Assembly (NCBI GenBank): GCA_047967505.1
Contig: CM106538.1
DNA: 64,000 nucleotides
DNA from: Dipteris shenzhenensis
Lineage: Eukaryota
Strand: one strand, 5' to 3'
Below are positions 51,598 through 64,000 of this stretch, piece after piece. Below the pieces are notes generated by a model, which saw only the letters and a list, made by a program, of their open reading frames with translations, searched no databases and was not told where the DNA came from. Within the stretch, counting starts at the first letter, position 1. Each line of letters starts with the position of its first letter. The position numbers were made by a program, and so were the translations under genes.

Positions 51598-53410
51598 GCA
51601 TATGTCTCCTTCTCTTATGCTTATGCTTATGCTTATGCATAAGCATAAGCATAAGCATAAGAGAAGGAGACATATGCTCGTGCTTATGCATATGCATGAG
51701 CATAAGAGAATGAGCATGAAAGAGGGAAAAGAGGGGGACAAAGAGAGGAAGAGAGAAGAAGAGGAAAACTAAAGAGGGAAAAAGAGACATATGCTCATGC
51801 TTATGCATGAGCATATGTCTCCTTCTCTTATGCTCATGCATAAGCATAAGCATGAGCATATGTCTCCTTCTCTTATGCTTATGCATAAGAGAAGAGAAGA
51901 AGAGGGAACGGAAAGAGAGATTGGAAAGGGGGAAAGAGGGAAAGAAAGAGAGAAGAAGAGGGAAAGAAAGAGAGAAGAAGAGGGAAAGTAAAGAGGGAAA
52001 AAGAGACATATGCTCATGCTTATGCATGAGCATATGTCTACTTCTCTTATGCTCATGCATAAGCATAAGCATGAGCATATGTCTCCTTCTCTTATGCTTA
52101 TGCTTATGCAAATGCATAAAAGAAGTCTTATGCATAAGCATAAGCATAAGCATAAGAGAATGAGACATATGCTCATGCTTATGCTCATGCTTATGATTAT
52201 GCTTATGCATGAGCATAAGAACATGAGCATGAAAGAGGGAAAAGAGGGTGGAAAAGAGGAGAAGAGAGAAGAAGAGGGAATGGAAAGAGAGATTGGAAAG
52301 GGGGAAAGAGGGAAAGAAAGAGAGAAGAAGAGGGAAAGTAAAGAGGGAAAAAGAGACATATGCTCATGCATGAGCATATGTCTCCTTCTCTTATGCTCAT
52401 GTATAAGCATAAGCATGAGCATATGTCTCCTTCTCTTATGCTTATGCATAAGCATAAGCATTATGCTCATGCTTATGCGTATGCATGAGCATAAGAGAAT
52501 GAGCATGAAAGAGGGAAAAGAGGGGGAAAAAGAGAGGGAGAAAGAAGAAGAGGGAAAGTAAAGAGGGAAAAAGAGACATATGTCTCCTTCTCTTATGCTC
52601 ATGCATAAGCATAAGCATGAGCATATGCTTATGCTTATGCATAAGACTCCTCTTATGCATAAGTATAAGCATAAGAGAAGGAGACATATGCTCATGCTTA
52701 TGCTTATGCATGAGGATAAGAGCATGAGCATGAAAGAGGGAAAAGAGGGGGGGAAAGAGGAGAAGAGAGAAGAAGAGGGAAAGGAAAGAGAGTGGAAAAG
52801 GGGAAAAAGGGAAAGAAAGAGAGAAGAAGAGGGAAAGGAAAGAGGGAAAAAGAGACATATGCTCATGCTTATGCATGAGCATATGTCTCCTTCTCTTATG
52901 CTCATGCATAAGCATAAGCATGAGCATATGTCTCCTTCTCTTATGCTTATGCTTATGCTTATGCTTATGCATAAGAGGAGTCTTATGCATAAGCATAAGC
53001 ATATGCTCATGCTTATGCATGAGCATAAGAGCATGAGCATGAAAGAGGGAAAAGAGGAAGTTAAAGAGGAGAAGAGAGAAGAAGAGGGAAAGGAAAGAGA
53101 GATTGGAAAAGGGGAAAGAGGGAAAGAAAGAGAGAAGAAGAGGAAAAGGAAAGAGGGAAAAAGAGACATATGCTCATGCTTATGCATGAGCATATGTCTC
53201 CTTCTTTTATGGTCATGCTTATGCTTATGCATGAGCATAAGAGCATGAGCATGAAAGAGGGAAAAGAGGGGGGGAAAGAGGAGAAGAAGAGGGAAACGAA
53301 AGAGGAAAAAAGAGGGGAAAAGAGATTGAAAGATTGAAGGAGAAGGAGAAGGAGAGGAGGGAAAGAAGAGGAGAGAAGAGGGAAAGAAGAGGGAAGAGAG
53401 GGGAAGAGAG
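51598..53410. repeat. Complex minisatellite of palindromic GCTTAT/ATAAGC modules alternating with purine-rich spacers
   Basis: Repeated GAGACATATGCTCATGCTTATGCATGAGCATATGTCTC and (GCTTAT)n-GC-(ATAAGC)n. Confidence 0.9.
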
Positions 53411-53929
53411 GGTTCCTACACCCATCACTGCAAGTAGCACTTAAGGCGCTAGCTACAGGCCAATGCAAATAAAAAAATAACAAATGGAAAAAAGAGGAAG
53501 CACTTACCTGGAATAGTACATCCTGCTCGGTGTTTTGTGGATGGCCCTACAAAAGAGAGGAGTCTTATTTCTTTCTTTAAATCTCATTTTTTGTTTCAAT
53601 CCTTTGAAATCAAGCATGAAAACTAGTAATCAAGCATGAAAACTAGTAAGCAGCTTTAGCAATACAAGGAGAAGCACTCACAAAATGAAATCTCACAAAA
53701 AACCTACCTACATTGTTCAAAGAGACTCACATCTTCAAAAACTTCCTTTCAAGGAACCAAAGAGGGAGAAGGGTAGAAGGGGAGCACAAGAGCTAGGAGA
53801 CGGGTGAGTAGTGGTGAGGAGTGGAGAATAGAGTGGGAGGTCGTCGGAAATAGGTGGGAGGAGAGATTGCTTTGCTTACAATAGAGATTAGAGAGTGCTA
53901 AAGAAAGCGCCACGCGTCGCGATGGGTTT

Positions 53930-55254
53930 CGGTTTTAACCCACAGTGTCGCTATATAGTGACACTAAAGAGTCGCTATATAGCGACCTTTAACACTAAAC
54001 CCTAAACCCTAAAAGTCGCTATATAGCGACCTTTAATCCTAAAAGTTGCTATGTAGCGACACTTAACCCTAAAAGTTGCTATATAGCGACCTTTAACCCT
54101 AAGTGTCGCTATATAGCGACACTTATACCTTAAAAGTGTCAATTCAAGGCACTTGATCTAAGAAGAGAGGGAAGGAGCTCATGGGTGGCTATTTTTTGGA
54201 TCTTAATGGATTTCCTTGCATTTTGTGTTGTGACTTTAGAGGTGTGCAGATGGAAGGGACGAGTGAAAGCTTATCAGATGATGCACCAATGCTCGGGAGT
54301 GCAGAGTGGCTTACGGAGAGGTTGTATTGTCATTGCACTCATTGCAAGCGAGAAGTATGACATCAACACTGTATTGTCAGGCGCCACTTGAGGATGTATG
54401 TTCTGTCCCATGGGGGCCTTCTCTAAGCGAATCGATTTCCTCTTGAATGGACACTTGAATTCGTGATTAATATTGCATGTGTACACGACACAAAATCTTG
54501 AGACAGGATGAGGAGGGTGGTGTGCGTATACCTTCACACTACCAATGTGGATATGAAGATAGAGATCGTGTGGATATGGAGATGCCAGTACCAATGCCGG
54601 ATCCAATTGATCCAGATGGATTTAGAGAAGAAGATGAAGATCACAATATGAGCCAAGAGGAAGATGTGCATAATGACATCATATGGGAGGAAGATGGAGA
54701 TCACGATATTGAGGAAGAAGGTGACGATCATCAAGAATCACCCGACTTTATTGAAGAAGATAATCAAGTCTATGGTGAACGTATGATGATGATATAGGAG
54801 ATCAACTCAGTATAGAGTTGGAGATAGACTTGTTTGGCACATTAGACTTGGCTCAGGATGAAGCCAAGTCTCAAACGTAGACATGAGTATATGAGCTTCG
54901 AACTTGATGTACATGCTCTTATACTTTTATTCTTTCAAAGGATCAAACATGTACATGCCGTATTTTTATTCTCTATGAGATCAAACATGTATGAAAATTT
55001 AAAAAAATTTGTCATTGGAAAAAACTAACTTTTAAGGCCTATATGAGTAAAAAACATCTCTGGAAAACGTCGCTATAAAATAGTATCTCAGTGTCACTAT
55101 ATAGCAACACTTAAAAATCATTATATAGCGACCTTTATAATCATCGCTATATAGTGATGCTTTACGAGATGTGCTTTTCATACCGACGACTAGCGCCCCA
55201 TGCACACTAAACGTCGGTACGTAAACATCGCAATAGGATCCGTGTGTAGTAGTG
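53930..55254 (+). mobile_element. CACTA/EnSpm derivative with 3' TIR (..GTGTAGTAGTG at 55254)
   Basis: GTCGCTATATAGCGAC palindromic repeats at 53945-54120 and 55065-55155; transposase-associated motif LYCHCTHCK..VRRHLRMY; TAGTG terminus. Confidence 0.7.
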
Positions 55255-56131
55255 ATTCTTGAAGCAAGAGGAGCCATCTAGTTATTGTTCCTGTTGTACA
55301 TGGACGGTTCACAAGATAAAGCAATGCTTGATGGTTAGTGTAGAAGACAAAATCATTTGCTAGTAGTAGATAGTGCTGAAATTTCGATGTCAATGGCTGC
55401 CACATGAGCAGCATTGAATGTTTCATAGCTGTGCTAATCTTTTTCATATCCTTTCATATTTTCTTTCTTAGTCCTGCAACGAACTAGGCCGTGAGGTACT
55501 TTGCATTGGGGCGTGGGTCACATTTGGCAATTAATCTTTTCATCTTGCTCAAGTACGTGCATACATCTTCTCGATGGCCTTGTTCGATCTTGCTTAGTTG
55601 GAGAGAGGGATCATCTTGTAGCCTCTTTGTTTGAAAGCGTCTTTTAAATTTTGTTTGAAGTAGGTCCCATGTGGCTCACTCTTCCACTAGAAGGTCTAGG
55701 TACCATTCAGACGCTTCATCAGTTAAGGCCATGGGAATCCAAGCCACCTTGGTTTCATGGGATTGATCTCCACCTGCTCAGCATGCAGCATCAAAATGTT
55801 GGAGGAATCGGGTTGGATCTCCCCTTCCAGTTTTCCCAAGGGGCGCCTGCCTTGATTGTTATTATTTTTGTGATTAAAGAAATTTTCAGCCTCTGCTTCA
55901 AGGTCAATATCCCCATCATCGTCAGCACGACGGCGTCTAGCCATGTTGTGGCGTGGAGGAGTTAAAGGGATTTCTTGAATTTTAGGGGGGGATTTGGGGT
56001 AGAGGATTGTCAGAGGCGATGGTTGCAGTGGAGTTGTATGCGGATATGGTGAGCGTTGGACTCGGAGCGTTGGCCCGGAGCGTAGCTGCATGCAGATTGG
56101 GTGAGAGTTACAAAGGGTGCCTCTGCTACAA
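55255..56131 (-). mobile_element. Gypsy remnant: RNase H fragment, gag 5' region and PBS-like TTGTAGCAGAG (56121-56131) next to a ..CACA putative LTR end at 56133
   Basis: KFQHYLL..FVFYTNHQALLYLVN..RWLLLLQE; ORF 55723-56091 beginning MQLRSG. Confidence 0.6.
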
Positions 56132-56549
56132 GTGTGGGTGTTGATGTAGTTTTGTTTGGAGGGTTAGAGTGGTGTTAGTTTTGTAGGGACCGTCATGTTA
56201 ATAATGTGCCTAAGATTGTCCCATCTGTGTGGGGAAATGTGCTGATGCAGACGGATTGTCAATTGGAGGTCATGGCATAAAGATACGAGTGAATTAGTGC
56301 GAAACGAGGCCCACACGGGGGCACGAATGAGTGAGTGCTAGGGATGCTGAAATGGTACGCAATGGGCTGGAAAAATTTCCCGTAATGTGGTTCTTTCGTG
56401 TGAAATTTTGGTTCGAACAAGGTCCAGTTTGGGTCGATACAAAGTGTTGAAGTAGGGGAAAAATCGGCCTCTTGGGGGGGGGGCCTTGGTCTTAAGGTTG
56501 GTGTGAATGGACTTTAAGTCAAATTGAGGGGTTTAAACCAAGTTAATTC

Positions 56550-56800
56550 TAGTTAGTCTAACTAGCCTATAACCCTAACTACTTAGTTACTATAACTCGA
56601 TAGTTACTTTAACTAACCTAACTACTTTCACTAACTAGAGTTAGTCTACTATAATTGAAGGTTAGTTAAGCTAACCTAGTTGTTAGTAACTAACCTAGAG
56701 TTAACCTAACTAACCTAGATAAAATCTAATCTAACCTAAGTTAAACTAACCTAGGTTAATACTAACCTAACTATAGCTAGTTGGATGGTTAGGTTAGGGT
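56550..56800. repeat. CTAAC/GTTAG-rich low-complexity repeats
   Basis: Many CTAACTAACC and GTTAG units in both orientations. Confidence 0.6.
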
Positions 56801-57154
56801 TTTTTTTATAATAATTGATTAAAATTAGTTTTTCTTTTTTTTTAAAAAATTTTGGTGGGGGGGGAGGGAGGGGATTGGGGAGCGAGGTGTGGAGGGGACC
56901 GTAGATGGAGGAGTAGGGAGGGTGGAGAGGGGGTTGCAAGAGGTGGGAGCAGAGGGTAGGAGGCGGGCGTGGGCAGAGGAGGTTTTGGAGAAAGGTGGGG
57001 CTGATGGCCCTAGCGGGGCGGGCGCTACAGATGTGCCGCCCGCCTCGACGCCCGCCTCGACACTGCAGCTTTACAAGCGCTTCTTAGCCCTTGCTTAATA
57101 TAAGGGCTAAAGCCCTCATTTAGGAGTAGGTAGGGTGGAGTGGTCAGCGAGGGG

Positions 57155-57227
57155 GGGAAGAGAGAGAGAGAGAGAGAGAGAGAGCAAGAGAGAGAGAGAG
57201 GGGGGGGGAGGGGGGGTAGAGAGATAA

Positions 57228-57258
<31 letters not shown>

Positions 57259-57298
57259 TAGAGAGAGAGAGAGGGAGAGAGAGAGAGAGAGGAAGGGG

Positions 57299-57335
<37 letters not shown>

Positions 57336-57374
57336 ATTAGTAGAGAGAAGAAAAGAGAGAGAAAGAGGGGGGAA

Positions 57375-57409
<35 letters not shown>

Positions 57410-57890
57410 AAGGGGGGGGAAGGAAAGAGAAGAGAGAGAGGGGGGGTGGAGATGGAGATGGGAGGGGGGGTGTTGGAGGGGTGGTGGAGATGGAGGGGGG
57501 GAGGTGGAGATGGAGGAGGGGGGGTGGGGGGGGTTGAGATGGGGGGGGGGGAGGTGGAGATGGAGAAGGGGGGAGGAGGGGGTGGTGGTAGAGGGGGAGA
57601 TGGAGGAGGGGGGTGGTGGAGATGGAGGGCGGGAGGTGGAGACGGAGGAGGGGGGAGGGAGGGGGTGGTGGTGGAGGGGGAGATGGAGGAGGGGGGTGGT
57701 GGAGATGGAGGGGGGGGAGGTGGAGATGGAGGAGGGAGGGGGAAGGGCGTGGTGGTGGAGGGGGAGATGGAGGAGGGGGGTGGTGGAGATGGAGGGGGGG
57801 GGAGGTGGAGATGGAGATGGAGGAGGGGGGGGGAAGGGGGTGGAGATGGGAGGGAAAGAAGAATGGAGGGAGGGGGGGGGGAGAAAAAGA
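57155..57890. repeat. (GA)n microsatellite and GGTGGAGATGGAGG G-rich minisatellite
   Basis: Direct reading. Confidence 0.9.
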
Positions 57891-58034
57891 AAAAACTTGA
57901 CGGACAGAAAACTTTGACGAAAATCCAAAGGAACACCTATTTCATTAATTTTGGACTTTTTGTGTTGTTTTTGGATGAAGCCCAAAAATCCTTCCCAAAT
58001 GAAAACTTTACTTTGTGAAAATATCCTTCCCAAA

Positions 58035-61000
58035 TCAAAATCCGTAAAAAAACACACTGCTAGGTATGTTATCCGATCAAGCACTTATGGGATGGGCGTG
58101 CCAATTTGCATGTAAGTCAATTCCACCTAGTTGAAGGTTTGTGCAAAGTATTGTGCCCATCGGATATGCTTTGCCTTGTCGATCAAGCATAAAACACCGT
58201 TTTTGCCTTAGTGTCATGCACAACCATGAAAAAACACAGTCCTAAGTATGTTAATCAAACAAGTACTTATCGGATGGGGGCTCCAGTTTGCACGCAAGTC
58301 CATTTCAACTAGGTTGAGATGCGTGCAAAGTATTGTCACCATCGGATGTGCTCTGCATGGTCGATTACGCATTATACAAAACTTTTTCCCGTAGTGATAT
58401 GCACATCCGCAAAAAAACATGCCCTTAGGTATGTTCTCTGACCAAGTACTTATCGGATGGGTGTGCCTCTTTGAGAACATTTCAATACCACCTAGGTTAA
58501 GGTGTAGGAAAAGTATTGTGCCCATCGGATATGCTTTACATGGTCGATCGAGCATTAAATACCATTTTTGCCTTAGTGCCATGCACATCCGTAACAAAAC
58601 ACGCTGCTAGGTGTGTTATCCGATCAAGTACTTATGCGATGGGAATGCCACTTTGCATGTAAGTCAATTCCACCTAGTTGATAATGTGCGAAAAGTATTG
58701 TGCCCATCTGATATGCTTTGCATTGTCGATCAAGCATAAAACATCTTTTTTGCCTTTGTGTCATGCACAACCATATAAAAACACGGCCCTAAACCCTAAA
58801 CCCTAAACCCTAAACCCTAAATCCTAAACCCTTAACCCTAATCCTAAACCCTAAACCATAAACCCTAAACCCTAAACCATATAAAAACACGGCCGTAAGG
58901 TGTTATCGATGGGGGCTTCACTTTGCACGCAAGTCCGTTTCAACTACGTTTAGGTGCGTGCAAAGTATTGTCACCATCGAATATGCTTTGCATGGTCGAT
59001 CACACATTATACACCATTTTTTCCCTAGTGATATGGACATCCATAAAAAAACACGCCATTAGGTGTGTTATCTGACCAAGTACTTATCGGATGGGTGTGC
59101 CTCATTGAGAACATTTCAATACCACCTAGGTTGATGCGTACGAAAAGTGTTGTGCCCATCGGATATCCTTTGCATGGTCGATCGACCATTAAATACTATT
59201 TTTGCTCTAGTGCCCTGCACATCCGTAAAAAACACGCTGCTAGGTATGTTATCCGATCAAGCACTTATGGGATGGGCGTGCCACTTTGCATGTAAGTCAA
59301 TTCCACCTAGTTGAAGGTGTGTGCAAAGTATTGTGCCCATCGGATATGCTTTGCCTTGTCGATCAAGCATAAAACACCATTTTTGCCTTCGTGTCATGCA
59401 CAACCATGAAAAAACACGGTCCTAAGTGTGTTATTCAAACAAGTACTTATTGGATGGGGGCTCTAGTTTGCACGCAAGTCCATTTCAACTAGGTTGAGAT
59501 GCGTGCAAAGTATTGTCACCATCGGATATGCTCTGCATGGTCGATTACGCATTATACAACGTTTTTCCCGTAGTGATATGCACATCCGCAAAAAAACATG
59601 CCCTTAGGTATGTATCTAACCTAGTACTTATCGGATGGGTGTGCCTCTTTGATAACATTTCAATACCACCTAGGTTAAGGTGTAGGAAAAGTATATGTGC
59701 CCATCGCATATGCTTTGCATGGTCGATCGAGCATTAAATACCATTTTTGCCTTAGTGTCATGCACATCCGTAAAAAAGCATGCTGCTAGGTGTGTTATCC
59801 GATCAAGTACTTATGCGATGGGAATGCCACTTTTCATGTAATTCAATTCCATCTAGTTGAAGGTGTGTGCAAAGTATTGTGCCCATAGGATATGCTTTGC
59901 ATTGTCGATCAAGCAATAAAACACCGTTTTGCCTTTGTGTCATGCACAACCATATAAAAACACGGCCGTAGGTGTGTTATTCAAATAATGTACTTATCGG
60001 CGGATGGGGACTCCACTTTGCACGCAAGTCCATTTCAACTACGATGAGGTGCGTGCAAAGTATTGTCACCATCGAATATGCTTTGCATGGTTGATCACGC
60101 ATTATACACCATTTTTTCCTAGTGATATGGACATCCGCAAAAAAACACGCCATTAGGTGTGGTTATCTGACCAAGTACTTATCGGATGGGTGTGCCTCTT
60201 GAGAACATTCAATACCACCTAGGTTGAGGCATACGAAAAGTGTTGTGCCCATCGAATATCATTAGCATGGTCGATCGAGGTAATTAAATACTATTTTTGC
60301 TCGTGTCATGCATCATCTGTAAAAAAACACGCTGCTAGGTATGTTATCTGATCAAACTATCTGATCAAACACTTATGGGATGGGCATGCCACTTTTTATG
60401 TAAGTCAATTCACCTAGTTGAAGGTGTGTGCAAAGTATTGTGGCCATCGGATATGCTTTGCATTGTCGATCAAGCATAAAACACCGTTTTTGCCTTAGTG
60501 TCATGCACAACCATGAAAAACACGGTCCTAGGTGTGTTATTCAAACAAGTACTTATAGGATGGGGGTTCCACTTGCATGCAAGTCCTTTTGAACTAAGTT
60601 GAGGTGGGTGCAAAGTATTGTCACCATCGGGATATGCTTTGCATGGTCGATCACGCATTATACACAATTTTTTCCCGAGTGATATGCACATTCGCAAAAA
60701 AACACGCCCTTAGGTGTGTTATCGGACCAAGTACTTATCGGATGGGTGTGCCTCTTTGATAACATTACAATACCACCTAGATTGAGGCGTACGAAAAGTG
60801 TTGTTGCCCATCGAATATCCTTTGCATGATCGATCGAGCAATAAATACTATTTTTGCTCTAGTGTCATGCACATCTGTAAAAAAACACGCTGCTAGGTAT
60901 GTATCCGATCAAGCACTTATGGGATGGGAGTGCCACTTTGCATGTAAGTCAATTTCACCGTTTGAAGGTTTTTGCAAAGTATTGTGCCCATCGGATATGC

Positions 61001-63330
61001 TTTGCATTGTCGATCAAGCATAAAACACCATTTTTGCCTTAGTGTCATGCACAACCATGAAAAAACACGGTCCTAAGTGTGTTAGTTAAACAAGTACTTA
61101 TCGGATGGGGGCTTCCACTTTGCACGCAAGTCCGTGTCAACTATGTTGAGGTGCGCGCAAAGTATTTTCACCATCGGATATGATTTGCATGGTCTATCAC
61201 GCATTATACACCGTTTTTTCCCTAGTGATATGCACATCTGCAAAACAACACGCCCTTAGGTGTGTTATTCTGACCAAGTACTTATCGGATGGGTGTGCCT
61301 CTTTGAGAAAATTTCAATACCACGTAGCTTGTGGTGTAGGAAAAGTGTTGTGCCCATCGGATATCCTTTGCATGGTCGATCGAGCAATAAATACTATTTT
61401 TGCTCTAGTGTCATGCACATCCATAAAAAAAACACACTACTAGTTATGTTATCCGATCAAGCACTTATGGGATGGGTGTGCCACTTGCATGTAGTGAATT
61501 CCACCTAGTTGAAGGTGTGTGCAAAGTATTGTGCCCATCGGATATGCTCTGCATTGTCGATCAAGCATAAAACACCGTTTTTGCCTTAGTGTCATGCACA
61601 ACCATGAAAAAACACGGTCCTAAGTGTGTTAATCAAACAAGTACTTATCAGATGGGGGCTCCAGTTTGCACGCAAGTCCATTTCAACTAGGTTGAGATGC
61701 GTGCACAGTATTGTCACGGATCGGATATGCTCTGCATGGTCGATTACGCATTATACAATGTTTTTCCCCGTAGTGATATGCACATCCGCAAAAAATCATG
61801 CCCTTAGGTATGTTATCTGACCAAGTACTTATCGGATGGGTGTGCCTCTTTGAGAAGCATTTCAATACCATCTGTTAAGGTATAGGAAAGTATTGTGCCC
61901 ATCGGATATGCTTTGCATGGTCAATCGAGCATTAAATACCATTTTTGCCTTAGTGTCAAAAAACATGCTGCTAGGTGGTGTTATCCGAAAAGTACTTATG
62001 CGATGGGAATGCCACTTTGCATGTAAGTCAATTCCACCTATTTGAAGATGTGTGCAAATTATTGTGCCCATCGGATATGCTTTGCATTGTCGATCAAGCA
62101 TAAAACACCGTTTTTGCCTTTGTGTTATGCACAACCATATAAAAACATGACTGTAGGCGTGTTATTCAAATAAGTACTTATTTGATGGGGGCTCCACTTT
62201 GCACGCAAGTCTATTTCAACTACGTTAAGGTGTGTGCAAAGTATTTTCACCATCGGATATGCTTGCATGGTCGATCACACATTATACACCATTTTTCCCC
62301 AGTGATATGGACATTCGCAAAAAAACACGCCCTTAGGTATGTTATCTGACCAAGTACTTATTGGATGGGTGTGCCTCTTTGAGAACATTTCAATACCACC
62401 TAGGTTGAGGTGTACGAAAAGTTTTGTGCCCATTATATCCTTCTGCCCATGGTGGATCGAGCATTAAATACTATTTTTGCTCTAGTGTCATGCACATCCG
62501 TAAAAAAACACGCTGCTAGGTATGTTATCCGATCAAGCACTTATAGGATGGGCGTGCCACTTTGCATGTAAGTCAATTCCACCTAGTTGAAGGTGTGTGC
62601 AAAGTATTGCTCCCTGCGGATATGCTTTGCATTGTCGAACAAGCATAAAACACTATTTTGGCCTTAGTGTCATGCACAACCATCAAAAAACGCGGTCCTA
62701 GATGTGTTATTCGACTAAGTACTTATGGGATGGGCACGCCACTTTGCATGTAAGTCAATAATACCTAGGTTGAGATGTGTGCAAAGTATTTTGATGATCG
62801 CATATGCATTGCATTGTCGATTAAGCATAAAGCAGCATTTTTGCCTTAGTGTCATGGACAACAACCAATAAAAAACATGGTCCTAGGTGTGATATTCTAA
62901 AGAGTACTTATTGAATGGGCGTTCCACTTTGCATGGAATACCATACCACCGCTTTTGAGGCACGTGCAAAGTATTGTGCCCATCGGATATGCTTTACATG
63001 GTAGATTGAGTATTAAATACCGTTTTTGGCCTTGGTGTCATGTACAACTGTCAAAAAACACGATCGTAGGTGTATTTTTCAAACAAGTACTTATCAGATG
63101 GGGATGCCACTTTGCACACAAGTCAATACTGCCTAGGTTGAGGAACGTGCAAAGTCTTGTGTCCATTGGATATGCTTTGCATAGTCGATCTCACATTATA
63201 CACCATTTTGTTCCTAGTGTTATGCACAATCGTCATAAAAATACGTTTGGAGGTGTGTTATCCGAACAAGTACTTATGGGATGGATACGACCTAGGTTGA
63301 GGCATGTACAAAGTTTTGTGCCCATCGGAG
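58035..63330. repeat. ~182-bp satellite, ~29 monomers, ABC trimer higher-order repeat
   Basis: AAG(T/C)ACTTAT..GATGGG anchor recurs about every 181-183 nt (58261, 58444, 58626 ... 63268) with three alternating monomer types. Confidence 0.95.
58787..58878. repeat. Interstitial (CCCTAAA)~13 tract inside the satellite
   Basis: Near-perfect telomeric units flanked by the duplicated 20-mer AACCATATAAAAACACGGCC. Confidence 0.95.
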
Positions 63331-63624
63331 AAATGTAGATGTGATAATATTAGAAAATTCTCGGTATGTGTATATGTGTGTGTGTGTGGTAAACAATTTT
63401 GATACAACAAAGTAAACACCTAGTGCACAAATTATGCACTTCATACCTTGAGTAAATAATCTTGTTGATGAGGATAAATACACCCTTGAATAAAAGCACA
63501 GTTGTTGTATGACCACAATAGGATCGCTTTGACACCTGTGATTTTGCCCACATGTAAGTTTGCAGATAGTATAAAAAATCATATAATAATATATTAATAG
63601 TTTGCAAATGTGTATAGCAAGTGA

Positions 63625-64000
63625 GTAATGGGAAGTGGAAGTGGGAGTGAGGAGGGAGGAGTGGAATGGGAGAGGGAAGTAATAGGGTGTATGATAATAA
63701 GTATCAATAATAGTATAATAATATATTAATAGTTTTCAAATGGCAAGTGAGTAATGGGAAGTGGAAGTGACAGTGGGGAGGGAAGAATGGAATGGGAGAG
63801 GGGAAGGTAATAGGGGAGTAGGATAATAAGGGGATGAAATGAGTGAGGGGAGTTAATAGGGGATGAAAAAGAGGAGGGTGAGATGGGGAAATATGGGATT
63901 TTGGGAAATGGGAGGAGTATGGGACGTGGTGGAAATGTGGATGGGAGTGGTGGCAATGGGGGAGGAAGAAGAAATGGATGGGGGGAGGGCTAATGGAAGA
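63625..64000. repeat. Purine/G-rich low-complexity tract with a short duplication
   Basis: GTGAGTAATGGGAAGTGGAAGTG repeated; G/A rich to the window end. Confidence 0.7.

Noticed and set aside
51578-53483. Long His/Met/Leu/Ser-rich ORFs up to 489 aa
   Set aside because: Translations of the hexamer minisatellite
57116-58084. Extensin-like or Gly-rich ORFs
   Set aside because: Microsatellite and minisatellite translations
58035-63330. CRISPR-like regular repeats
   Set aside because: Whole monomers are homologous, there are no unique spacers or cas genes, and the context is eukaryotic

Overview
Eukaryotic, repeat-dominated plant DNA (Arabidopsis-type TTTAGGG repeats, iMet-primed Copia elements; possibly a non-seed plant, which is inference). 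No intact canonical host gene is evident. From left to right: a Ty3/Gypsy element whose gag is preceded by an extra ORF with an archaeal-type RNase H; a 1.75-kb LTR-like block; a LINE remnant; a decayed Sola-type (DDD) DNA transposon whose transposase appears fused to a CACTA TnpA-like domain, followed by a telomere-flanked foldback and several tandem or inverted repeats; and a nest of four same-family Ty1/Copia elements, three inserted within about 320 bp of the fourth, then broken by a large inversion supported by a split TSD. Around the nest are cargo-like genes: a strongly diverged histone H3 pseudogene, an unknown spliced pseudogene, an intact 126-aa spliced ORF and a tandem-domain Ulp1/SUMO-protease pseudogene. 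Undoing the inversion places these together as a possible multi-gene chromatin-related mobile unit. Further right lie a solo LTR, Copia/Gypsy/LINE/CACTA fragments, a palindromic minisatellite, and a ~182-bp satellite with higher-order structure and an inserted telomere tract.
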